From: Eledone cirrhosa
Taxonomy: Eukaryota
NCBI GenBank assembly: GCA_964016885.1
Contig: OZ024741.1
Span: forward strand, 228,594,001 to 228,658,000
Reading direction: 5' to 3'
Length of the DNA stretch: 64,000 nucleotides
In this document: in pieces, positions 1 to 11,840 of the stretch
Numbering within the stretch: the first letter of the stretch is position 1
How the letters are laid out: each line of letters begins with the position of its first letter
Notes under the pieces: generated by a model
The model's input: only the letters and a program-made list of their open reading frames with translations
Databases searched by the model: none
What the model was told of the DNA's origin: nothing
Translations under genes and position numbers: made by a program

Positions 1-102
1 TATGTATATATATATATATATACATATATATGTATGTATATGTATATGTATATACACATATGTATATATATATATATACATACATATGGACATATATATA
101 TA

Positions 103-148
<46 letters not shown>

Positions 149-268
149 TATATATATATATGTCCATATATATGTATATATATATACATATGTGTATATA
201 CATGTACATATACATACATAGATCTATATGTATATATATATATACATATACATATATATACATATATT

Positions 269-363
<95 letters not shown>

Positions 364-405
364 GTACATATATATATACATATTATATACATATATATAT
401 ACATA
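1..405. repeat. Degenerate (TA)n/(TACA)n microsatellite
   Basis: Seen directly; source of the YI/IY pseudo-ORFs. Confidence 0.97.
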
Positions 406-634
406 TTATTGTTCGCCACAATTGTCACAATTGTCACAATTGTCACAGGTGTATTAACGCACAACAGTACAATACCTGGCAGTGAAGGTAATCTCCGGTG
501 GACGGATAAAAATTAATTGCATCAGACAATCACTCTCTGTATATAGCAATGACTATATAATTATCACTATATATATATCCATACATACATATATATTATA
601 TATATATATATATAAATAAATAAAAATATATCTA

Positions 635-687
<53 letters not shown>

Positions 688-827
688 TAAGGGTGAATGC
701 AGCGATATTTTGCTTAAACTTTAATCTGTTATTTTAATAAATATTTGCTCTACCGTTCTTATATATTTGATATATATTTATACTTATCGAGCCCTCTTTG
801 GATTTTAGTCTTCAAATTTATTATTAT

Positions 828-940
<113 letters not shown>

Positions 941-1249
941 CATACAAACATACATATATATATATATATATATACATTCGAGTTTGTGTGTGTGTGCTTA
1001 TGAGTCTGTGTCTATGTCTGTGTGCTCAATAGGCAATTAGAATATTAAAACTTCAAATTACTAACCCGTCCAGCTTGCAAGAAAGCTTACACTACTAAAG
1101 TTCTAAAGTTATGTTTTCAAAATATTCTGCAGTCTTAGAATTACGACATGTTACGCTATTGTTACGGAGAAAAATTTATTAAGGGTCAGTGCAGATAGAT
1201 CTATAATTTCCTGTACAGTTGGTAGAATAATATTCTCTCCAATTGTATA

Positions 1250-1527
1250 CGGACATATCCGTACATGTCCTCCGCTTTCCACCAGGTCATTCTACCAAGG
1301 CCTTATTTTCATTCGATGCAGCGGCAAGCCCTGCACCAGATGGTTGTATATCATCAGAGAAGATCTTCGGAGGCCCAACATCACTTTGGATGATGCAGAG
1401 GAGCTGGCATGGGACCGCCCGCGATGAAGGGCGCTGGTGGACCTGATCGGCTATACGCAGAACGATGCTTTGGGATCGTTGTTTTAGGCTGACACTAGCC
1501 TCGTTGAGTAAAAGCAAGAAGAAGAAT
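1250..1527 (+). mobile_element. RTE-type LINE 3' end fragment
   Basis: Manual translation across a frameshift gives HVLRFPPGHSTKALF...GKPCTRWLYIIREDLRRPNITLDDAEELAWDRPR*RALV, resembling the RTE ORF C-terminus, followed by an (AAG)n tail. Confidence 0.7.
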
Positions 1528-2494
1528 AATTTTATATGGTATTTGTTTTATGATATATTAAATGATATATTGTAAAAAGCCTTCATTCTCCTTTTAAAAG
1601 AGATGTTGACTTTAAAACGTTATTAAGTTTGGATGCTTTCCAAACTCTTAATTTATTATTTAAAAAATTAGAAATTGTTTTATTTATATGAAAACATCAT
1701 CCCAAGATGGTCATTTATGTTTGAATCTTTCATTGCATCATTTCCAAATGTCCTTCGATATAACAAAAACCTAAGAATTGTCTTATAAGCCTTATAAGAC
1801 AATGCTTAGGTTTGTTTTCTACTCATTTTCGCTGTGGTTGGCTTGTGTGCATGGAGATAAAATGCGACTGGGACAAGCCATGATTTATTTACCTTCCGAA
1901 ACTCTGGTTTCTACGCATATTCGAAGGTAGCTGGTGATTTAGTGAATTCGTCAGAATATTGGAAAAAATTCATTGCGGTATTTGTTCTGGGTCTCTGTGT
2001 TTTAAATTTTCACCTAGGCTGTTTCTAGCTGCGAGGTTTGACGTCAGAATTCACAAAGCCGGAACAAACACTAAAAATCATCCCGTTGGCTACCCTTCAC
2101 TAGTACTTTATTTTATCTACACATAAAGCAGGGACCTCATACGCGGCTCACGGCAGAATAATTTTTGTGGCTAATTTTTCCTAAAAATTTGGTGATTTGT
2201 CCCTAGCTCCTTCCACCCTCTTGCAGCATCAACAAATAGAAGCCTATATGTATTGCAGCTTATCAAAATAACAAAAATAGAAATCACTCTCTCACCAATC
2301 TCACTTTTGGCCAGCTGTGCTACAACCCCAATGAGGTAATGGCCTTTTGACTCATTCAATTTGAGACTCCTGCTCTCAAGGATTTATATGTGTGTGTGTG
2401 TATGTGAGTGTGTATGTGTTAGAATGCATGTATGTATGTATGCATGTATGTAAGTATGTATGTATGTATGTATGTATGTATGTATGTATATATA

Positions 2495-2807
2495 TATATG
2501 TTGACTTGTTCTTCTTTTTGGTAAATATCATCTTGGTTGAGAGAGTGGGACTGGCTTTGTGCAGTGCCTTTGCTCACTATAAAAGCTTCACGGCACAGGC
2601 ATTGCTTTATATCTGGAGATCTCTCTGCACTTGTCGCCACATGGTACCAGCACTATGTGTCAATAATTGTCACAAGTGTAGTGTTTGTACCAGAGTTTTC
2701 AAGTCGCTGGCTGGACTAAAAAGTCACACTCGTTCAGCGCATCGGTAGGGGTTCTCCTACATGGATATAAAGTAGTGGCCGTACTCGAAAACGAATTGGC
2801 AGCCACC

Positions 2808-2808
<1 letters not shown>
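2495..2808 (+). mobile_element. RTE-type LINE 3' end with C2H2 zinc finger
   Basis: ORF ends CSVCTRVFKSLAGLKSHTRSAHR*; short 3' UTR ends GCAGCCACC before a microsatellite, the same tail as the RTE at 62751-63990. Confidence 0.65.
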
Positions 2809-2884
<76 letters not shown>

Positions 2885-2891
2885 TGTGTGT

Positions 2892-2932
<41 letters not shown>

Positions 2933-3006
2933 AGAGAGAGAGTCCCGGGTTCAATTGGGGATAACCATAGTAAGTAAAGTTCTCAATACAGAGTATATAC
3001 TAAATT

Positions 3007-3115
3007 TAATATAGAAATGGTTTCTACAGGCCTAGAACTGTTTCATTCGAAGGAAATTATCAGGAAACCCTTCGATTGAAATAGTTCTAACCTTGTAGAA
3101 GCCATTTCTATATTA
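3007..3115. repeat. Fold-back palindrome containing a degenerate hammerhead-like motif
   Basis: Arms 3007-3053 and 3069-3115 are imperfect reverse complements; minus strand reads CTGATAA-tttccttcgaat-GAAA-cagttc. Confidence 0.7.
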
Positions 3116-3410
3116 CATTTCTATATATATATATATACATAAACGGAAAAAATGAAACGAAATTTCATTTCTCACTCTTAGTACGGCTGTTACTTAAATA
3201 TAAGTATATATGCGTACATACATATATGTATACAGACGTACAGTAGTATGTATATATATATATACATACATGCACACATATATATATGTACGTATGGATT
3301 CACCGAACATTTATTATAATGCTCGGTTTGTTTGTAAACAAACATCCCGAATTAAGCCGTACAGTGTCTAGCAACCATCGTTGCTCATTTGTTCAACCCT
3401 GAAAAAGGAA

Positions 3411-3451
3411 CGCTGTACTAGTTTCAAGCTTATTAGCTATCGTCAGCAAGT
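3411..3451 (-). ncRNA. Minimal type I hammerhead ribozyme (430-bp unit family)
   Basis: Minus strand: cttg-CTGACGA-tagctaataagctt-GAAA-ctag-TA-cagcg. Confidence 0.75.
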
Positions 3452-3700
3452 TATACCTCCCTGCCAGATGATTGAACCTCTGAAAGTATATACTTTCCTT
3501 ATGCATATTAACGGCTGAGCGGCCCAATTTGCATATCGAGTGAGTTAATCGGTCGGGGTACCGAAAACGATAAACGGAAAAAATGAAACGAAATTTCATT
3601 TCTCACTCTTAGTACGGCTGTTACTTAAATATAAGTATGTATACGTACATACATATATGTATACAGACGTACAGTAGTATGTATATATATATACATACAT

Positions 3701-3740
3701 GCTGTACTAGTTTCAAGCTTATTAGCTATCGTCAGCAACG
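3701..3740 (-). ncRNA. Minimal type I hammerhead ribozyme (430-bp unit family)
   Basis: Minus strand: cgttg-CTGACGA-tagctaataagctt-GAAA-ctag-TA-cagc. Confidence 0.75.
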
Positions 3741-3992
3741 TATAACTTCCTGCCAGATGATTGAACGTCTGAAAGTATATACTTTCCTTATGCATATTAA
3801 GTATACATACTTATATTTAAGTAACAGCCGTACTAAGATTGAGAAATGAAATTTCGTTTCATTTTTTCCGTTTATCGTTTTCGGTACCCCGGCCGATTAA
3901 CTCACTCGATATGCAAATTGGGCTGCTCAGTCGTTAATATGCATAAGGAAAGTATATACTTTCAGAGGTTCAATCATCTGCAGGAAGGTATA

Positions 3993-4033
3993 CGTTGCTG
4001 ACGATAGCTAATAAGCTTGAAACTAGTACAGTG
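3993..4033 (+). ncRNA. Minimal type I hammerhead ribozyme (430-bp unit family)
   Basis: cgttg-CTGACGA-tagctaataagctt-GAAA-ctag-TA-cagtg; GUA site; palindromic stem III ACTAGT. Confidence 0.8.
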
Positions 4034-4420
4034 TTCCTTTGTCAGGGTTGAACAAATGAGCAACGATGGTTGCTAGACACTGTACGGCTTAATTCGGGAT
4101 GTTTTTTACAAATACACCGAGCATTATAATAAATGTTCGGTGAATCCATACGTACATATTTATATGTGTGCCTGTATGTATATATATATACATACTACTG
4201 TACGTCTGTATACATATATGTATGTACGTATACATACTTATATTTAAGTAACAGCCGTACTAAGAGTGAGAAATGAAATTCCGTTTCATTTTTTCCGTTT
4301 ATCGTTTTCGGTACTCCGGCCGATTAACCCACTCGATATGCAAACTGGGCTGCTCAGCCGTTAATATGCATAAGGAAAGTATATACTTTCAGACGTTCAA
4401 TCATCTGGCAGGGAGGTATA

Positions 4421-4461
4421 CGTTACTGACGATAGCTAATAAGCTTGAAACTAGTACAGCG
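4421..4461 (+). ncRNA. Minimal type I hammerhead ribozyme (430-bp unit family), stem I mismatch
   Basis: cgtta-CTGACGA-tagctaataagctt-GAAA-ctag-TA-cagcg. Confidence 0.7.
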
Positions 4462-4707
4462 TTCCTTTGTCAGGGTTGAACAAATGAGCAACGATGGTTG
4501 CTAGACACTGTACGGCTTAATTCGGGATGTTTGTATACAAACACACCGAGCATTATAATAAATGTTCGGTGAATCCATACGTACATATATATATGTGTGC
4601 ATGTATATATATATATATACATACTACTGTACGTCTATATACATATATGTATGTACGTATACATACTTATATATACATACATACATACATACACACATAC
4701 ATGCATA

Positions 4708-4853
<146 letters not shown>

Positions 4854-4930
4854 AGGAAGTCTGGTAAGGAATCAGATGGACCATAACGCACCAGAGTAAT
4901 CAATATTTAGGGTAGTAGAGTGGGTAATAG

Positions 4931-5040
4931 GAAATTGTTTAACCTCGACGCAGAGCACAAGCCGTTTCGACGGCTATTTCTGGACTCCAGATATAGCCGT
5001 CGAAACGGCTTCAGCTCTGCCGTCGGGGTTAAACATTTTC
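4931..5040. repeat. GC-rich fold-back palindrome
   Basis: Near-perfect inverted repeat centred near 4985; central hairpin gacggctat...atagccgtc flanked by TTTC and GAAA. Confidence 0.9.
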
Positions 5041-5627
5041 ATACACACACACACACACACACACATACACACAAACATGCACACACACACACGCACACAT
5101 ATATATATACACTTCTAACCTGGGAATAAAAATAGTGTCCAAACCAATCTGCAATCTTATCCTTTTGAATATCTTCGTATAATCGTAATCTGACGGTTAT
5201 ATTTCTTCTGATTCCTTCATTGGTCAACACTTACATTACGGAGCCGTATTCAACCTTATGTGAGAAATGAACGAGATAGAAACGTTGAATAAATAACGAA
5301 CCTGTTGAGAAATACAACTCTTTGTCGTTATAGATTAGCATAGTGTTTCAACATTTAAGATATACACATTTGATCATAATGATGGATCAGGCGAGAAACC
5401 CAACGATTGCGGACAAGCTTCTTTAGTTAAAAATGTATTGGTAAATTTATTATCTGGAAATCGAATATTCTAGGAAAGGATCTCTGTTGAGATTATTTCA
5501 GATTTCCAATGGAGCTGGAATTAACTTAGAAACCAAAGTCTATTCAACGTTTATTATATATTTATATATTATTATATATTTATATATTATTATACATTTA
5601 TATATTATTATTATATATTTATATATA

Positions 5628-5818
5628 GCGCGGTGGATTGGCAGTATCGGTAAAGGGTCGGACGCCATGCTTTCCAGCATAGTTACGTCCCTTTACAATC
5701 TGAGTTCAAATCCCGCCGAGGTTGACTTTGCCTTTCATCCTTACGGGGTCGATAAAATAAAGTACCAGTAATGCACTGAGTAATTGCTGGCCTTGTGCCA
5801 AAAGTAAAAACAATTATA
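5628..5818 (+). mobile_element. tRNA-derived SINE (~190 bp), representative of the dominant family
   Basis: A-box-like TGGCAGTATCGG, B-box GAGTTCAAATCCC, core CTTTGCCTTTCATCCTTACGGGGTCGATAAAATAAAGTACCAGT, tail GTAGAAACAATTA; many copies in the window. Confidence 0.9.
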
Positions 5819-5835
5819 TATTTATATATATATGT

Positions 5836-5905
<70 letters not shown>

Positions 5906-6059
5906 AGGGCGGGTAAAATTCCCGAAATCCATGGACGAGTTCTCTCCAGCGGTCCCTGTCCCTCATTATCGCTGCCATGTCCTGCGTCTCCAACAGACCA
6001 GTGTCTGTCCCCAGGGCATCAACACAGGTTAACGTTGGTCTTCCTCTTCCAGTGTGTCC

Positions 6060-6310
6060 ATGTTGAGAAGCCAGAGGGGATCACTAATGTAGGCGGGAAG
6101 CCGCTAGAATTGGTTGTGGACTTTCTATGTTTGGGAGCAAAGATTGGGAATACGGAATATTATGTGGTTGATAGGAAGAGCAAAGCCTGGGCGGCGTGCC
6201 ACAGCTTGAGATCGGTGTGGAAGTTGGACCTTCGTAAAGACCTGAAAATCCGCCTCTTCATTGCTGTATTGAAGTCTGAGACTTGGACACTGACCAAGAA
6301 ACTCACTCAA
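6060..6310 (+). mobile_element. RTE-type LINE ORF fragment
   Basis: PLELVVDFLCLGAKI...KAWAACHSL..VWK..L.K.LKIRLF...ETWTLT matches the post-RT thumb region typical of RTE. Confidence 0.7.
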
Positions 6311-6546
6311 TATTTTTTCATATATAGTTATGTAATAAACAACATAATTTTGCTTTCAATCATCAGAATGAAAAAATCCTGGTGTATTTTTCATTCTGAT
6401 GATTGAAAGCAAAATTTTTCTTGCTTTTAAGAAACCACTGGTAAATGAAATAATTGCCTTATATTGTTTATTACATAACTATTAAGCTCTGTTACCTACA
6501 TAGAGCACTCTTTTTTTCTGGACTTTTCCGACGGAATTACTTCATT

Positions 6547-6651
<105 letters not shown>

Positions 6652-6984
6652 CTATATATATGTTTATATACACACACATACATGTATAAATAAATAAATG
6701 TATAAATAAATAAATATATATGTGTGTGTGTATATATATATATCGTGTCCCTGTGTTCTGAGTTCAAATCCTGCCGGAGTCTACTTTGTTTTTCATCCTA
6801 TCGTGGTCGATAAAGAAAGTACCATCCTGTGTTTGTGCAGCCCTCTTTCCTTTCAACTGTCAGTTCCTGGATGTTTCTCTGTATGAAAGGAGGGAAGGGG
6901 TTGAGATGGTGTGTGCAGATTGGGTATACATATAGAATACTTGGTTAACAATAGTTTACTGTTTGTATATGTAGAGTGCAAGCG

Positions 6985-7130
6985 AAGAATTGGCAGAATC
7001 GTTAGAACATCGGATAGAATGCTTTATGGTATTCGTTCCGGGTCTCTGCTCCCTGAGTTCAAATCCCACCGAGGTTAACTTTGCCCTTCGTCCTTTCGAG
7101 GTCGATAAAATAAGTACCAGTCTAGTACTG
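6985..7130 (+). mobile_element. tRNA-derived SINE, diverged copy (another partial copy at 6745-6825)
   Basis: B-box and core match the 5628 copy. Confidence 0.8.
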
Positions 7131-7659
7131 GAGTCATTTCTTCCTCTATATCTCTTCTATTGTTTCCTTTCTTTCACTTTCTATCTTTCTCTGGAAGAAA
7201 TCTGCTGTACTCAGGCCTGGAGAGGGGTGGACTCCGCCAGGTTTAAAATGCCCAAGAAACGCCGTATGTCAATATGGCGGCCCTACGACTCTATCAAGAG
7301 TTACGGGACCATACATACATGTAGAGTGGAAACATGTTGAGAATACTTACTTGATTAGCAATAGATTACTGTTGATATATGTAGAGTGGGCACATATAGA
7401 AAGAGTTCAAATCCCACCTTCTGACACTGAGTAAAGAATGACATTAAAACACACAAGATAACTCTTATGAGCTGCAGCCTGATCGGTGAGACCTACATGG
7501 ACGTGACCTGTAACAAGAATAATAGATTACGGTCAATCTCTTATATCAGCAAACAAAACAAAGTTAGACATTTTGATAGCTTATAGCAGAGCCTCAGGTT
7601 GATATATATTTCTTCATAACCCTCACTGTAATTTTGTCAGTCCATCGACTTTACACTAT

Positions 7660-7855
7660 CAAACATATCAACTATTCCCGCCGGACGGGGACATCTCCCA
7701 CTCACTTTGAGGTGGGTGAGAGATGTCTTCTCTTGTGAAAATGGGTCTAGCTTTCATTTTGTAAAATCTCCCCGTTTTGCTTCATTTCTCTCCGTTTTGG
7801 GGCACTGTTTTTCATTGTACTCCTCGTTTGGATCTTTTAGAGTTTGACAGGTTTG
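7660..7855 (-). mobile_element. MITE with ~13-bp TIRs and 6-bp TSD (CACTAT)
   Basis: Reverse-complement homolog of 58391-58581; CACTAT flanks both ends. Confidence 0.75.
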
Positions 7856-9299
7856 CACTATTATGTAAATTAGGTTATGTCTAGACATACTTGTTTACAT
7901 TTTAAAAAGTAGCTTTTAGCTACTCTCATCGACATGTTTAAGAAGGGGGATAAGCGAGACTTGATATATCGTTAAATAACAAATGGAATTTAGTTGGTTC
8001 GATCCTTAATGCAGGTTGTTGATAAGGACATTGGGGGTCAATTTTAACGAGACTAAATAGGTATAGATGTGAATCTCTATATTTATCTATTCATATGTAG
8101 TTCAGCGAAGTTACACAAGGTGGCGGGTGGGGTTTAATAGCCAATAATGGTTGTTCAGCTACATATTTTGAGTTACGTCACACGTGAAAGAATACAGCTT
8201 TCACATTCAGAAATAAGCTATGTATTTAGTATTTGATTAATAAAATAGGCAGGAACAGCCCCCAAACTATTGTAACTTGATAGTAAATGGTGTGTATGTG
8301 TGTTTTGTTAGCATGTGTGTGTGTATGTGTGAGTGAGTGTGTATGTGTGTCCGTGCATGTATGTATGTCTGTCAGCGTGTGAACCCAGAGTAGACTTCAT
8401 TGTTTAATAAATAAATAGGTAAATAAATACATAAATAAATGAAAACAAATGTCAGCCAACTACTTGCTTCCTATGAGATTTGATTGCATAGCAAACAAAA
8501 CCCGCGTATTCAATTGCTTTCGGCGGAAGGATTGCCCTAAACAGAATACAACCAAAACAATACTATTGATACAGAATGAATGCATAGGCACCTTTAAACA
8601 TATACAAACGAACAAAACAAAGCGAGAGGGCGAGAAAGAAAAAACAAGAGCGGGGAGGTATAGGTGGCTGCGGACAAGTTAAACATTCCAATCAAAATAA
8701 CCATTTGGAACAAACCATGCACAACAAAGAACAGAAACACACAGTGATGTACTGTGATGTAGAGGTCAGTTAAGCAGCTCCCCAAATATTGCCTTGTCTG
8801 AAATTACGGAGGGGGAGGAGGAGGAGGAGGAGAAGGAGGAGGAGGCGAAGAAGAAGAAGAAGAAGAAGAAGAAGAAGAAGAAGAAGAAGAAGAAGAAGAA
8901 GAAGAAGAAGAAGAATTCCTAGTTACTGCTGTTTGTACTCATTGTTGCATAAGGAACAGGCGTAATGCAATGATTATATAGAAAAGTAGAAAATTCGATT
9001 CGCCTTCTAAATAATTCACTAGTTAAATGTAGTGAGACGAAATCTATGGCATATATATGTATGTATATATTTTTATCAGTGCGGTCTACCTATGGTAGTA
9101 GGGTAGGGTAGCGTAGATAGAACTCAATGTAATCCGATGGTGAGTAATCCAGTGAAATCCATAGAGAAGTTCTGTGTGTCGCTGAGTTAATTCTTTAGAT
9201 ACAGAGTCAGATATTAGATATTTGTTTCCGAAGAAGACGGTGTGATCGAACCTATATATGAGGTATACAGTTATATAACTGCTATAGATCTGACAATAC

Positions 9300-9680
9300 G
9301 CTCGCTTTAGATTCTCTTAGAGTTGTCTGAAATGTATAGCCTTGCACGCGCTGATGAACCATAGGCTATTCCAATTCAGTCAACAACTTCCTGGCAAACA
9401 GATCTCTTTGGATTTGTACGCGTGTGTTATATAGTTATAGAGGTGCATATATACATTTTAATTTATATTTTTAATTATTGTGTGTCTACCCTGCCTTTCA
9501 TAGGTTATAGATTACATACACTGGTGGTTTTTCCTTGTTTTATTGATGGCGCATTATCTCTCTCTAGTGTGTTACCTTTTCAACATATTCTATTTTAAAG
9601 AGCTCAGGATTCCTTTTCCTTTGAACACATTGTTGACAGGGAATGGCGCGAGTCTATGGCTCCGTTAATTTATCGTGATA
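9300..9680 (+). mobile_element. PLE-type terminal repeat fragment with decayed hammerhead (9345-9424)
   Basis: Homolog of 12340-12722; cacgcg-CTGATGA...ggc(G lost)AAA-cagatc/gatttg-TA-cgcgtg; ends in (TA)n. Confidence 0.7.
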
Positions 9681-9978
9681 TATATATATATATATATAGT
9701 ATTTACGTATCGAGAAAGAGAGAAAAAGGAGGGATAGGTGATACATATAGTTATTTGCCAAGTAGTGTATGCCAAAGGTGCTCGATACTAGTGCCGGCAG
9801 TATTAAATATTCGAAGTGTTAATATTTAGTGGGCTAGAGAGTTAGCAGAGCGTAAGCACGTGGGAAAGTAAAAAATCAGAGAACAAGATATTTTTGCGAG
9901 CAATGATATTTAACTTGATGTAGATTTAACCCCCAAAACTCTTTCCGAACTATATAAGGAACACTTGTGATTATTTAT

Positions 9979-10016
9979 GCCCTTGAGAAGCCCAACTGGG
10001 CGAAACGTACGTAGGT
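9979..10016 (+). ncRNA. Type I hammerhead, U3-A8 core variant
   Basis: cc-TTGAGAA-gccc-aact-gggc-GAAA-cgtacg-TA-gg; flanks resemble the 3' end of the PLE at 59350-59560. Confidence 0.65.
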
Positions 10017-10158
10017 GATATTTTAAATAAACATGTTTTAACGGTCTATTCTCCGATTTTTTACTTTCCCACGTATATATATATATATATATATGTATAC
10101 GCACACATATATACGAATACATGCACACGCACACACATTCACACATATATATATACTC

Positions 10159-10189
<31 letters not shown>

Positions 10190-10534
10190 ATTATATATAT
10201 ATATATATATAATTTATGTTAGGCTGTTTACCAATAGGTAGAACAGGTGGTTCTGGTTGGTAGGCGATGATGCAACAAATCAATTAAAGCACTCAATGTT
10301 ATGCAAGTCATCCATCGTAGATGTGGTTTCCAGTGCAGGAACGGAATAAAGTTTTCATTAAAACAACAACAGAAGGCCGGACTGGAAAATTTGGTTTAGA
10401 ATTTTAATTCTGTGAAAACACTATACTTATTTCAATGGCACAATTCCATCATCCGATTATAATGCAAGACAAGGCGATCTCATCAGGTTTCATCTGTAGA
10501 ATCATATAACAGGATAACGTTGAACCCAAACATA

Positions 10535-10715
10535 TAATTGTTTCTACTTTTGGTACAACCCAAGTGTATTACTGGTTCTTTATTTTATCAACCCCGTAAG
10601 GATGAAAGACAAAGTTAACCTCAACGGGATTTGAACTCAGAATGGCAAAGGCCGTAACTCAATGCGTTAAAGCATGGCGTCCGACCCCTCTACCGATACT
10701 GCCAATCCACCGCCC
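10535..10715 (-). mobile_element. tRNA-derived SINE
   Basis: Reverse complement of the 5628 family. Confidence 0.88.
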
Positions 10716-10876
10716 TTGAACCAAAACATATAATGGAAAATAGGATATATAGAAAAAATAGAAAAAGAAAATTCGATTCTGGGACAGCCTGCAAATATGG
10801 TGATATATTGAGAGTAGACGGTCCCCGAATGTTTATCTCGTGAACAAGAAGTGAACAAGAATTGCATATATATATA

Positions 10877-11645
10877 TTGATTTGCAAAGCTGTCTAAACG
10901 ATTTGTTATAACTCTGGGGTATTATTCTCCATCGAGTGCTAACTGCATTCCGAATCTGCATTCGTTAGCTTAGCCGCAGCCTAAACCTTCGTTAATGCTG
11001 TACTAAAATTTGTATTTTTAACTCCTAGAATTAACGATTAACTGATTAATTTAATTAGACAATTCTATTGATTGATTAATTGTTTATATTTGTTTGATAA
11101 CTTCTGGTTGAGTGCTTAATTCGGTTTGTCTAAGGGAATTCCATTCCTTTGTCCCAAATTTCGAATTCACCGCCAAAACGGGGGTTACCTCCCTTTGAGA
11201 AAACCACGTGTCTATAGCGAAATTTACTGCTAGAAAACATACCCGCCGAGGCTATAGAATGCAAGACTTGTTGACGAAGTAAATCCTTTGTTCTGTCGTC
11301 AACTTGCAGACCCCTGCAAGCGGAATTAGTCGATCTCGGATTTACAGAAACCTAGCGTGGATGCTGTATGTTATATGTGATGTATATCGTATGCTGTACG
11401 ATATGCGTTATGTGTTGTATTCGATGTCCACGTGATGGTCCAGGTCAGTCAAAATCTTTCCCTGAGTTCAGTTTTTTTCGTTGCGATAGCAATGCAGCTG
11501 GACTGCCGGTCTCGCTATATTTGATTTGCAAAGCTGTCTAAACGTATTGTTATAACTCTGGGGTATTATTCTCCATCGAGTGCTAAGATGCATTCCGAAT
11601 CTGCATTCGTTAGCTTAGCCGCAGCCTAAGGCTTCGTTAATGCTG
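10877..11645. repeat. ~125-bp direct repeats (10877-11000 and 11521-11645) around a unique ~520-bp core
   Basis: Direct comparison of the two copies; flanked by (TA)n. Confidence 0.85.
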
Positions 11646-11840
11646 AAATAATATTTGTATATATATATATATATATATACAATATGTTGAAAAGGTAACA
11701 CACTAGAGAGAGATACAGTGGTGCGTTATCAATAAAACAGGGAAAAACCACCAGTGTATGGAATCTATAACCTATGAAATGCAGATTATAGACACGATAA
11801 TTAAAAATATAAATTAAAGCGTAAATAAATACCTGTATAA

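Larger units (their letters stand above)
3141..4680. mobile_element. Tandem and inverted array of a ~430-bp hammerhead-containing unit (candidate non-LTR retrozyme)
   Basis: Unit repeats 3141->3572 (431 bp, minus) and 3998->4426 (428 bp, plus); orientation flips near 3800; one HHR per unit. Confidence 0.85.

Noticed and set aside
3393-4479. Repeated 68-aa ORF MKFRFIFSVYRF... in the 430-bp unit
   Set aside because: It overlaps the hammerhead, is broken in other copies and has no recognisable domain; more likely incidental.
5628-5720. tRNA gene (A and B boxes)
   Set aside because: Head of a SINE; no cloverleaf and always followed by the SINE core.
11265-11310. Possible SECIS element
   Set aside because: No AUGA/GA quartet geometry and no UGA-containing ORF upstream.
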